Below, piece by piece: positions 24,276-35,950 of a stretch of 64,000 nucleotides of DNA. Origin of the DNA: Gnetum montanum (Eukaryota > Plantae > Gnetophyta); NCBI GenBank assembly GCA_015680685.1, contig MNCI01001451.1, positions 362,723 through 426,722 on the forward strand, given 5' to 3'. Under the pieces are notes generated by a model. That model saw only the letters and a program-made list of their open reading frames with translations. It had not been told where the DNA came from and made no database searches. Each line of letters opens with the position of its first letter. The first letter of the stretch is position 1. The position numbers and the translations under genes are program-made.

Positions 24276-26080
24276 TTATATGCTCAGTTACCATAGACAA
24301 ATTTCTAATTTTGCAAATGAATCTCTAAATCTTCTGTCACACAAGTAATTTCAATTTTAATATTTTTATACTCAGCTACTGCAGATCTTTATTTATTTCC
24401 CTTTATTTCTTCTTGTAAGAAATCAGGATACAAACGTTTTCAATATATAAATGAAAAACTACATTTTTGTTTTTTTAGCAAATTGAATGATTCAAATGAG
24501 ACAATATTATAGATCTCTTTCAGGCAGTGATTTCAAACTCAATATTTTTGCAATCAGCTGCTACAGATCTTTATCTATTTATTTTCCTAAAAAATCAAAT
24601 GAAAAATGCTTTCAAAATGTAAATGAAAAATCATGGTTTCATTTTTTAAGCATGAATGATTCGAATGGGGCATTTCAAGCAATAGTAATGGCACGGCATC
24701 GAACAGTCTAGACAATTAAAAGTGGGGAGTGAGAATGATGTGGCAAGTATCAGGTCAAAGAAGATCTAAACCGAAACAAACAACTCCATAGGGTTGCTGC
24801 TTGGCTGGGTTTGTTGTTATTCGTCAAGCTAGGCGTGGGGTATCAGTAGCTGGTATTACACAAGTGGTATCAGTATTTTATATCTTTTGTAGTTAATTAA
24901 TGTCAGTGCTATAGTCGTCCTCGTATTCTGTCATCGGGACAGACTGTCAATTGCTGACATGGTTTTATTATGTTACAATGTTATGTGTACTAACATATCT
25001 GTTTGCAGCAAAAGTGTGGTGGCCTTCTGGTCCTGGATCTACTCTGAAAGACTCCAAAGTTATGATTTCTTCTATTGAAGGAGTTCCAACTCTTTCTTGC
25101 ATATGCTTTATGCAGATGATGCAAGTGCAAGTTCTGTTGAATTGAGGGGCAGGACTTCAGAGTTTGGTAACTGAGCAGCAGATTTGGCTGGAAGACCTTT
25201 TGTTCACCTGATGTTTTGTATATGTAATAGCTTTGACCATGAGTTAGTTATATTTCTTGTACTGGCCAAGCAGGATAATTATGTATGGACGATGACTTTT
25301 GATGTATTGTAATGTTTAAGTATAATTTGACGCAATTATTATGATCTATGTAATGTTTAAGTATAATTTGATGCTTGAGTTTTCACCCCACTTCTTGATT
25401 AAGTTTTAAAATTTAATGGTTAATTTTTGTGGGCTGTAATAGCTCAGCATCTTTCATTTGCACAAAGTAGACACCTAGCAGCAAATAACTTTTTAGTTGT
25501 AGCTCAAAACACTACTGCTCCCTTTAAAAGGAACTTTTCCAATTCTTTTCACTTATTTTCTAGCCTGGATGAATTTGAATATAGTCATTATATAAGACCT
25601 CAACTGATTATTTCATGTAATCAGAAGCTGTTTTGATCATTGAAATATTGATTAATTTAGGCCAAGTTGAAAGTCGTACGAAAGGTCACACATGAAATAA
25701 ATACCTACGAAATTGCTCATCCTTGAAAGGCCCAAGGCTCTGATTGTTACAGTTTCAACATAAGCTTAAAGAAATCAAGCAAAGCCACACCTGAATAAAT
25801 ATCAGATTTTTCAAGTGTGAGGGCACATTTTCATTTCCCCCTTTAGCTTGTTAAACCACATAAAAAGTAATCCATGCGTCATTATCATTTTTGCATACCT
25901 GGAAGGATTCATATCTCTTCAGTCAAGCTAAACCCTGAAAACTCAAGTAGGTAGGAGACAAAATACATATAGCCCGTTGCTTACTAAAACTTGGTTAACT
26001 TCTGCAACTAACGCCATCATGAACTTCTGCATCTCTCACAACATGCAAAGACAAATCTGTTTTATCTGCAAGTCAGGATA

Positions 26081-29000
26081 ATGCTAAAAGAGTTATCCAT
26101 GTTGCAAAGAGTATGCTGTCATTATTCACATCCAACCAGGTTTTAAGTATTGTGTAGTTGTTTTCCTTCTTATCTTTGGGCTTTTTTGAAAATTAATTAT
26201 CTTCCATTTGTTTTTAATTAGTTGTCTATCAGTTCACAACATCCTGTTAATATGGCTATCTTTTGACACCTTCAGCAGCAGATGGAGCAGCTACGAAAGC
26301 AGGCACAAGCCTTTGGTGGAGAAATTGTAAGTGCATTTTTCAAGTTCCTTAAGATCTTTTTTCTTTTAATTAAAACCTTTTTTCAATCTGCAGCTATCTT
26401 TGGATTGAGAAAATGATTGTGTCAAACTAAATTCAGTTTAGTTCATGAAAGATAACCTTTGTATTGCTATGCCAACATCTCATTCTGGTTATGTTAGCGA
26501 AGTTCATACATACATACATATACTATCTTATGTGCATACACACAATATACAATATCATCATCATCATTATCCTATCCTTATCCCACCTCCATGGAGCAGC
26601 ATGAATTCTATTCGACCATTCACCTCCAATAAGAGCCAAATTTGATGTTTAGATCTTATACAATATAGTATATTTATGTACTGTTAAATGCTTTTATGGT
26701 ATATCAAAGCTATTTTGCAAGTTGGTTTTTCATAGTTCAGTGTAATAGTTAAAGTTTATTGAGTTCCTTGGATCTTCTTTTACTGCTAATACTTCAAATT
26801 TTAATGGAGAGTTTTGAGCTGGAGGACCTTTCGGTAGAGACTACACATCTAAGATGTATGCTTTCAAATACATTATAGCATTTTCTACATAGGATTTTCA
26901 TTAGTTACTTGAATGTTTGTCATTTAACTAAAGTTTCTTTAATGCGGTCTCAACATCCTCAGTAGATATGAAAAGCTTAAAGACACTATGATAAGGTCAG
27001 CTTCTGCATTGTTTATTGATTATAATGTCTTCGTGTTTTTAACCTTTTCTTTTTTATTCATTTAGGGTTACATACTACATAGAGTTTAAATCTTTTATTT
27101 CCCTTTTCATAATTTAAATTACTTGGTGTTTGTTTGAACATTATAAATCTAGGGAAATGAAAAATTTTAAACTATTTTTTAAAAAACAAGTCGACAGAAA
27201 TATATTATTGAACTTTTTAAGGGATGATTGAACACTTTGCCCGGCTAAAGAATGCTTTCAAGTTCAACAAATAGTGGTCTTGCATAGACATAGCAATATG
27301 GATGTGTATGTATTACTGTGTGGAAAAAATAGGAGAATCAGACTCTAAAAGCTATTGTTAGAAGCTGTATTGAATTTTATTATTTCTTTGAAGTTTCAGT
27401 GGTTTTTTAAGGTAAATTTCTTTGAGAGCATTTATTGTAGGTCTATTTTTAATGGCATTTATCTTTTCTATGAAGGGAATCTGGAAGTATCATTCAGAGG
27501 CATCTCAAGCAGTTGTTTGATGCTGCAAGGAGAAATCAAACTCCAGGTGAGCATTTAATTTTCTATGTAATTTTTATTTTAAGTTATAGGCATGTCCGCT
27601 AGTGGCAAATTTGTAGAAACTGTCTTCTTAAACACTGGTTGTAAATTCTTAAGCTCATAGGAAATTGTTTGCTGCTTATGAACAAGGGACTAAAATAGTG
27701 ATTTTCAGTTCATTTTATTTCTTTTCATGCATGAACATTTGCCTTCAAACAAATTGCAAAGTCTTCTAACAATCAACAGTTCTATTGGTTGCCAGTTTGT
27801 ATTTTCATGTTTAAGATTGAAGTAATCACACTTTTATAAGTATAAATTTTTGAAATGTGGTTCTTGAAAACATCTTAAATACCTATTCTATTAAGATAGT
27901 TTGTCATTGTTTGAAATTATTTCCAAAGAATAAATGATTTTGCATTTAAAACTGATTTTTTTTGCTTACCTAAAGTTGGCAAAAATATCATTTCAAAGTC
28001 AGGTTATTTCTGTCTGAAAGTCTTTTTTATGTTTGATTAAATAAATTATGTTTGATTAAATAAACTATAGGTGAGATCAGTCTTTTTGGTTTTGCAGAGG
28101 TAACTTTGGAAGTCGATGACTGGAATGAGGGGATTATTGCTACAATAAGAGAAAGGGTATGTCTCTATTTACTCCTGAAATGATGAATGTAAGAGAAATT
28201 ATATACGTTAGAAAGTGACCCCTTTTTCCTCACTATGCAGTATGCTTCTAGTCCCTTGAATGTTAACTGTTGGATTTTATTATTAGAGATATATATATTA
28301 TTCATTACATCTTGAGTTAATGAGCATTTTCCAAAAAAGCATATAATCGATTTAATGTGACATCAATACATTGAGTTCATTTAAAACTTAGCGGCTTCAA
28401 ATCCATACTATTTTTAAACATCAAATTCCATGTAATATGCAGGTGCATTTAGAAGCTGATGCAAAAACAATAAAGGGTCCGCTTGATAGTCAACATGAGC
28501 AAATCATTCATGGGAGAATCACCTACAGGATTGTAAACAAGGTTTAGTCACTGCATGCGATCAATTCATTTAAATCATATGTTTTGTTCTCATACAAGCC
28601 ATTTTCAGCTTGATTAGCATTGAATGTTATTGAAAAAATGCTGCATATCTAGTTGTGATGACAATGTCATGAATTGTACAATTATTTAGCTTTTGGAAAC
28701 ATTTTACTAACCTGATTTCACATATTTTATATTTTTCCTCCATTGGTTTTGATTTGGCTCTTAGAATTATTAATGCATAATTTATTTAATCTAGGTTCTT
28801 TTTTGTTTTGTGTATGTTTGAGCCCTGGGAAACTATCATTTCCTGTATGCTCTTTCTGTGTAAACTGAATATGTGTTAACTATTTTCTTAAAGTTGATTT
28901 GTTTCTAAGCTAGTTTCAATAAAACTTTAATTTGAATTTATGACATCAAGTATCATTTTAAACCTTTTTAACCATTTCTCTCAAATGATTTCCCTGTACT

Positions 29001-29109
29001 ATTATTCATGACAAAAATTGTATCATTCAGTGACTTTCATGCTCTCTACAGATTGTTTTTGGGTTAGAAGGTGGCAGAATTGGAATACAATATGACACTT
29101 CATTTGCAG
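26081..29109 (+). CDS. CENPO: Centromere protein O (CENP-O)-like gene, N-terminal exons only
   Basis: In-phase GT-AG exons at 26282-26326, 27476-27546, 28098-28156, 28443-28541 and 29052-29109, with a tentative first exon at 26081-26139. They translate to RWSSYESRHKPLVEKLESGSIIQRHLKQLFDAARRNQTPEVTLEVDDWNEGIIATIRERVHLEADAK...RITYRIVNKIVFGLEGGRIGIQYDTSFAG. This resembles the plant CENP-O motifs I recall (WNDGLLATLRERVHMEAD; LEGARIGIQYETSFAG). No stops; downstream exons not found. Confidence 0.8.
26556..26656 (-). mobile_element. 5'-truncated RTE-type retroposon 3' end in a CENP-O intron
   Basis: (CAT)n on the + strand (GAT tail on -) and the same 3' motif as 60960-61036. Perfect 10-bp TSD tatacaatat at 26546-26555 and 26657-26666. 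Confidence 0.8.
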
Positions 29110-29574
29110 GTACCTTTCAGTGTATTTATACTTAACGTCCTAGTTATCAGAAATTTTTACAGTCCTGTTAGATACCTGTTAAAACCGTTAGAAATGAAGA
29201 TATTGAAAACAAATTACAGGAATTGATTATAAAAGATTTAACTTTAGATGTTTTAAATAGAGTTGTAAAGAAATGCACAATTGTGTTTTAGTATTGTAAA
29301 CAAATATGCATAGATGCAATTGAACAATCCAACAAAATCATATATACTTTATAAGTACTACCTTCAAAAACATCAAAATTTGTATCAAAAACTGTTCATG
29401 GACATTTCGTAAACACTAAAGTACCAACACCATTACTTCATGAAGCAGGCAAAATTGCAACTAATACAACTCAGGGAAAAATGAAAACAAAAAAATTACG
29501 GTGACAGAAGCATGAGGTGCTTAGGCACAGAAGAATAGAGGCTTCTCCTTTTTATCTCTAGACCTTGCTCCTCA

Positions 29575-31155
29575 TCAAGGGCATTGTTTTTTGAATTTTC
29601 CGAATCTTTTTGAAACTTCTGCATTTTCCAAGATATCCCAAACATTCAACTTACCCTTTTCACCTCCAGAAGCAAGCAAAAATGGACTATCATTTAAAAA
29701 TGTCACTGAAAACACTCCTCCGATTTTCAGATTAGTAGAAGCAATGCAAGCAGGCTGATTATTTGTGATATCCCACAGTTTAACCATCTTATCTGTTGAT
29801 CCTGTTGCAAGGAGGTTAGGGGCAGCAGGATTGTAAGATACTGCACAAACAGCTTTATCATGAGCATGTAAAGTGAAGGTGGGTGATTCCTTGCTCGAAG
29901 CTGCTGTCCGAATATCAAAAGCTTGAACAGTGCCATCCTCTACGCTGACTACAAATGAATACTCTGTATGTGGATCCCATGCAAGGGTTTCTACATCCGC
30001 CTGAACATGCCAACGTATCCCTGGATGTGTGGGAGCCCTCATATCCACCATGCACACTGATCGATCAAAAGAACCACTAAGAAGGATCGTTGCCTTGTTT
30101 GGATTCCAGGCTACAGATTGAACTTTATCTTCATGATGATTTATGCTATGCTCGCATTTTTCTTGGACAATATCCCAAATCTTCACTGTTTTATCAGCAC
30201 CAGCACTGGCCAAGACATTCCTGTACTCCTTATTCCAAGCCAAACCAAGAACTGCATCAGTATGACTGCCCTCTTTGAAAACAACGTTCTTCTTGCTTTT
30301 CTTCTTCTTCTTCTTCTTCTTTTTGGCATTGGAGCTTGTATCAGGGTCAGTATTTTTGCTTGTATCAGGGTCTGCATTCTTGTCAACACCTCCTAGTACC
30401 ACAACAGCCTCCTCGGGTTCAAACGCATCAATATCCCATATTTCAATTTCCGGCTGCATTGATCCAACTGCAACAAAATTCCCTTTATCCCCACCTTTCG
30501 GGTTACAGTCAAGCCATGCCAATGAAAGAGGAAATGCAGAAAGAGCAATTTCTCGGTTAACATACATGTTGGGGATATCCAATTCATCAGAAGGTTCTTC
30601 ATAAACCCAAAGCTCAATGCAGTTGTAATCATCTATGTTTCTAGCACATAAAATAAGTAAATCCGAAGATTTAATCCTCCTGTCCTCAATCTCTTCTTCT
30701 CCTTCCTCATCATCATCTGCATTCTGCAGATACGGATCCACATAATTGGTTGGGTAATAGCAGTTACCCAGAGATCCGGTCTCAAAAATTTGCAGGCCCT
30801 CATCAGCGTCGTCGTCATAATGATCCATATCAAGTTCCTTGAAAGCATGAGAGATATCATCCACATGTCTTATGTTTTGTTTAGCTTTCTGGCTGCCTAG
30901 GGCATCCGCCACTGCCAATGCTCTTTTTACAGCGTCCTCACTGCTCTCTTCCATCTTATCTACCATTTCTTCATCATTATCTTCTTCTTCCGGTTCCTCC
31001 TCTTCCTCTTCACCGTTTCCGCTGCCATTTTTGCTTATTTCTGCGTCATACAACTTCCGAAGCTCTTCGATTTTCTCGTCCGTGGGCGGCTGTTCCACAA
31101 CGTCCGGAAATTCTTTGGCGGCACCTTTCGGAACCCAACATATTGCCGAAATCAT
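29575..31155 (-). CDS. PWP1: Periodic tryptophan protein 1 (PWP1) WD40-repeat ribosome-biogenesis factor, 526 aa, intronless CDS
   Basis: Uninterrupted ORF with N-terminal MISAICWVPKG, an acidic region, the ELDMDHYDD and DPYL motifs, AFPLSLAWLD, AVGSMQPEIEIWDID, a Lys tract, HTDAVLGLAWN and several WD repeats. Confidence 0.95.
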   Translation of the reverse strand: MISAICWVPKGAAKEFPDVVEQPPTDEKIEELRKLYDAEISKNGSGNGEEEEEEPEEEDNDEEMVDKMEESSEDAVKRALAVADALGSQKAKQNIRHVDDISHAFKELDMDHYDDDADEGLQIFETGSLGNCYYPTNYVDPYLQNADDDEEGEEEIEDRRIKSSDLLILCARNIDDYNCIELWVYEEPSDELDIPNMYVNREIALSAFPLSLAWLDCNPKGGDKGNFVAVGSMQPEIEIWDIDAFEPEEAVVVLGGVDKNADPDTSKNTDPDTSSNAKKKKKKKKKSKKNVVFKEGSHTDAVLGLAWNKEYRNVLASAGADKTVKIWDIVQEKCEHSINHHEDKVQSVAWNPNKATILLSGSFDRSVCMVDMRAPTHPGIRWHVQADVETLAWDPHTEYSFVVSVEDGTVQAFDIRTAASSKESPTFTLHAHDKAVCAVSYNPAAPNLLATGSTDKMVKLWDITNNQPACIASTNLKIGGVFSVTFLNDSPFLLASGGEKGKLNVWDILENAEVSKRFGKFKKQCP

Positions 31156-31195
31156 TTTAGCTAATCAAATTGTTCAACTTCAAACTACAATCGCC

Positions 31196-31519
31196 CTGCA
31201 CAGCAATAGCGAAATCAAACTTTGCAATAAATCTATAAAGCCTCGCTGCAGCTTCTTCATATGGTAGGGTTTAGCCTACGGTACTAGCGTTGCACCCAAA
31301 AAACGTAACTTCGACCTCAGCATTTAAAATGGGCATAGAAAGTTTCCAAGGGTTTAAGATAGGGTTTTACCACATTCAATCAAAAGATTTAAACAGCAAC
31401 CGCAAAAACAGAAGTTCCAATCAAGCATTTGAATTCACATAGACGTAACAATAATCATTGAATCACAATAACCCTAAACAAAAGACCAGTATCAAGTGGG
31501 AACAGAGATACAGCCATAC
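31196..31519 (-). promoter_or_regulatory. Putative 5'UTR intron of PWP1 containing telo-boxes
   Basis: Minus-strand donor AAG|GTATGG at 31519 and acceptor TGCAG ending at 31196. AAACCCTA telo-boxes on the - strand at 31265-31272 and 31360-31367. Confidence 0.6.
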
Positions 31520-31936
31520 CTTGAACTGCGATTTTCTGCTGCAGTCCCTAAAAGTGAAAAAATGCCTTACAGGGAATGAGATTGAACCAAGCTTTGAACG
31601 ATGTACGAAAACCCAAGGGAAATACCGGTTCTAGCGTGCATCTGGCGTTTGTCTTCTCAATATTTGGTTATAAGGTTTTAAACGCTACCTTCGAAGGAAT
31701 GCTTCTCCAACCACAGTTCAAATTTCTAATACCTAAACTATCTTTGAATGCTTTTAAGATACGCGTACAAGGATGTTTAAAATCTTTCTTGTGCTCTAAC
31801 ACCTAAATTCGCTGCTAATGGGAGTTCCTCATTCACTCGTTCTTTTGCTTTTACGATTTCATTCCATTGTTGGTTATGGTTGAGAAGAGGAAGGGAAAAA
31901 TTGTACATCTCAATTTTAAAATCTATGAGTAACCAT

Positions 31937-32025
31937 GAGATGTTAGGCTAGTGGTGAGATTTTTGATTTGAGAATTCTAAATTGGGCTTTGAAGTTTGAT
32001 TTTGATGGGCAATGTTAAGTTAAAT
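31937..32025 (+). mobile_element. Degenerate tRNA-derived SINE related to 53031-53196
   Basis: A-box-like taggctagtgg; shares agatttttgatttga and aatg(c/t)taagtta with the reverse complement of 53031-53196. Confidence 0.4.
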
Positions 32026-33184
32026 TGCTATATTAAAGATTTGGAATGACAAAAAATATTTTAAATTCAAACTATCAATTATAAGGTCTTGAAGAAAGGT
32101 TGAGCTACCTAAAGAGTAGTTATAGCCTATTGGAGCAGGCTGACAACCCTACTCCTAAGCAACTTAGATAACTCGTTTTATGTGGTTGTTGGTCTTTGGT
32201 TCCACTAAGGCATAGATACTCCCAAAGAGCTTTCAATGGTATAAATGAGCTAAATATGGCTAAACCACTAAGGTAGAGATACCCCAAAGAGTTTTTGGTC
32301 ATATGAATGAGCTAATTATGGCTAAATCTATATTAATAGTAAAACACGTGAAAGAAAATGTTGGATTGTATATGGAAGATGTTAGAACTTAAAATAATTA
32401 AAACATAGGTACACCTTAAGATTTATAGAAGTTTATAACTTAATGCTACCTAGTATAAGCAAACCTTTGACCTAGGGTTACCAAGCCAAGACTCATATCA
32501 CTAGGCTAAGACCTCATTGTTAATGTTATGTTAGGTTATCTCTTTTAACTATCATTCAACATAATGATGAAAATTAAAAGCTTTCTAATCACTTGGAATT
32601 CTACATAGCTATTATAATGAATAAAGAAGTTTCATAGAATATGTTATTCTTTAATTTTGAGTTATTTACTAGCAAACTTCACAAAGCCAAATAGCAAAAG
32701 TTTTGCTAAATAAAGCAAGAACCTAATATTGAAAAAAAATATTCATAAAGCTCAAAATTACACAAAATATGACATCAATTCTATGTTAAACTAATTCATA
32801 ACTAACATTAATAGAAACTATTCCATTTAACCAAAATAACAAAAAATAAGCTAAACCTTAGCTTCTAGAGAAAATAACGTATTACAAAACTTACTATTCA
32901 CTTAAACAGATATATGCATAATTAAGCTAAGCAAGTAAGAAAGGCTATCTAATTTCAATAGAATTGAGAGAAAACCAAAAGAGATAAGTTGAACCTATTT
33001 AAAATGCTATTATAGAAATAGTTCTTATACGCTTTTTGAAGATGAATTCTCCTATGTTCCTTCCTAAAAATATATTGCACTTCTGCTCAAAGCTTTATCA
33101 TTGTAATAATCAATTAGCTCAATTAATGTTGCTCTTACATATGAACAAGTCTATTCTAGCTCCAACTTCTTTTAAGTAACCTTT

Positions 33185-33589
33185 TGATGAGTGATGAGTA
33201 GGCCCTACACCTAACCATACTGATGAGTGACGAGGTACCTTTACACCCAACCATACGAATCACAGAGCATTCATGTGTGATCTAGTCAAATTTCATAGAC
33301 TTTATCATTTCCAGTGCACTAGTCTTCTAGGAAGTGAATCTTACCTTAAGGTCAATCATTGTCTTCCCAATTACACTTGTGATGTACACCGGTATGGTTA
33401 AGTGTAATTAAGGCATCTAATTTTTATCATTTTGTATTTTTATAGTTCAATGTTCAAATGGAGATAAAAGTGATTGGATTAACTACTTTAAACTAACTAA
33501 TCAACTAGCATTTAACTAGTCCTAACATAAGCATCCGGTCCCACTTTTCGTACACATCTTGAACCCACGTATCCTTTGCTGGGCTATCT
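33185..33589 (-). mobile_element. Truncated LTR fragments of the Athila-like family (two nested termini)
   Basis: Reverse complement matches the 3' ~370 bp of LTR 14251-15130. The terminus tgatgagtga occurs at both 33185 and 33221. Confidence 0.85.
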
Positions 33590-34334
33590 TAGGTAGACAT
33601 ATAAACTTTGAAATAGACCTGTATAGTAGTTATTTAATAGATGTTGCACGAATTCCAAGGAGTTTTTGAAAACTCCAAGCTTATAAGATAATGCAAAAAT
33701 CTTGGGAATTGTGCAATCACTATTCATAAAAAGATTCATTAGTGGCCACTCAAAGTGAATTTATCTTTGCTCTTCATTGTAACATCATTTTCTTGTTGTG
33801 ATTGTACTAAGCGTCAAGTACAGGGATCTATAAATTTACTTACATTCTTTACTTTTTTTTTCTTTCTTTCTTGTAGCCCTATAGGGTTGATGTGCTTCTT
33901 GCGATAAGACATCCTTGTTGAGCTTGTCAAGATCCTGCAAGAATGAGTAGTTTTGTGGTGTCAAAAAACTTCAATGCAGAGCCTAATTTTGCAAAGGTTT
34001 TAGGATCCTCTAAACCATATTTTGAGCTTACTAGGACCTTACAGGGTTGAGTGGTTTCACAATATAAGACACTCTAGAGTAGAGCTCAAAGCTTGTACAA
34101 GGTGTGATGTCCTTCAAATCACATTTTGAAGAAAGAAAGTCTAGAGATGTGCACAGATTCTACCCTCTAAGCATGAACGTACCCAAGTTGGAAAACTACA
34201 TAAAATTCGTCTGTTTTGCGGCTAGAGCATTGTTATTGGAAAACTTATTCAACCCTTCTTCTAATTTCTCAATCCACAAGTGGTATCAAAGCCCAGTACT
34301 CTCAACTTCATGCTTCAAATTTTAAGAGTAAACT

Positions 34335-35950
34335 ATGTAGGGGACATCCTACATAAAGCCATCAATGTTCAATGGATTTGAATTTGCATATTAGAAGGCA
34401 AGGATTAAAGTCTTCTTTGAGTCTATGGAATTCAAAGTATGGGATAAATCCTTGAAGGCTACACACTCCTCGTCGACAGCACCTTGAAAGTTCTCAAGCC
34501 ACAAAACAAATGGACTACTGAAGAAAAAGATAAGTTCATGTATGACTCTAAAGCCAAAAATTATTTATATTGTGCATTGAATAAATTAGACTTTAATAGA
34601 ATAAGTAGGTGTAAGACTACTAAGGAAATATGGAAAACCTTAGAAGCTACTTATAAGGGTACATCTATAGTTAAATAATCAAAACTCTTAGTATTGTAAA
34701 GAAAATACAAGAAGCTTATAATGAAGAAAGGAGAACAGATAAAGGATTACTTCTATAAGGAAAATGATCTTGTTGTAGCTATTAGGAGAACATGTGAGGA
34801 CTTACCTAAAAGCTATGTAATTATAAAAATGATAAGAACATTGCAACCCAAGTTTAGACTCGAGGTCACTACTATGAAAGAAATCAAATACTTTTCGAAC
34901 CTTAAATTTAAGTAACTTCAAAGTGCTATGATTACTTATGAGATGAATCTCATAAGTGAAGGAGTGATAAAGGAAAAGCCTATTACTCTAAAATTAACAT
35001 CAAAAGAAAAGGAGCAGGTTGAATAAGAAATGAATAGTAAAGATGAAATAGCTCTTCTATCAATAAGAGTTCAAAGATTCCTTGCAAGGAAAGGGAGAAG
35101 CTTCAACCAACCAAGATCCAATAAATCCAAAGATAAAGAGAAAGGTAAAAATTCTACAAATTCAAATTTTGATGCATTTTCCATAGAACTTTGGGTATGT
35201 GTTGGAAGAATCCATGTGGCCTTTGAATGTTCTAACACTAATAGGTTGCAATGGAGAGATAAAACTAAAGCTGATTTGAAAAATACAAACTTCTACACTA
35301 TCTGGGACAATGGAGAAAAAAGTGAGGAAGAGGTAGATAATACTACAAAGGATTCACATCTCATCTACATGGCTCTCATAGATGATGATTACACAACTGA
35401 AGATGAGGAAAAAGTAATTAAAACTAATGAGAAAATGTATGATCTTTTGTGCAATGAATTGTTGTCTTTCCAAAATCTTTGTATAAAGCTAAAGAAGGCT
35501 GTGAAAGAAAAAGATTAAGATTTATCTCTACTTAATACAAGATATTTAGACCTCTTACAAGAAAACTTGGACCTAAGGGTTGAGAACAAAAAACTAACCT
35601 TTTCTTGTGAGCAAATGGAAAAGGAACTTGCAAACACCAAACTAGTGAATGAAAGACTAGTCAAAGGGAAAGAATCCCTTTACATTGTGTTGGAACAAGG
35701 AAGAAGTTCACATGTTAAAAGTGGGCTAGGATGCTGCCAATAAGAAGAGCATGTATACAAAATTCATCCAAACAAAATACTACTACAAAGATTGAAGTGT
35801 TAACTAATATTATGTCCAAACAAAGAGCAACTCAAAAGTTTCATTACTTTAATAAAAAAAAAGGGTTAGATGTTACTATTGTAATAGATTTGGGCATAAG
35901 CAATGGAACTATAATTTAAAATATTATCACATGAACACCTAGTCATATCA
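34335..35950 (+). pseudogene. Degenerate Copia gag
   Basis: FNGFEFAY*KARIKVFFES...DSKAKNYLYCALNKLDFNRISRCKTTKEIWKTLEATYKGT; KMIRTLQPKF; zinc-knuckle remnants; the KSGLG motif typical of the extended SIRE gag. Confidence 0.85.

Noticed and set aside
29727-31267. Multiple overlapping short ORFs on both strands
   Set aside because: Shadow frames of the PWP1 CDS.
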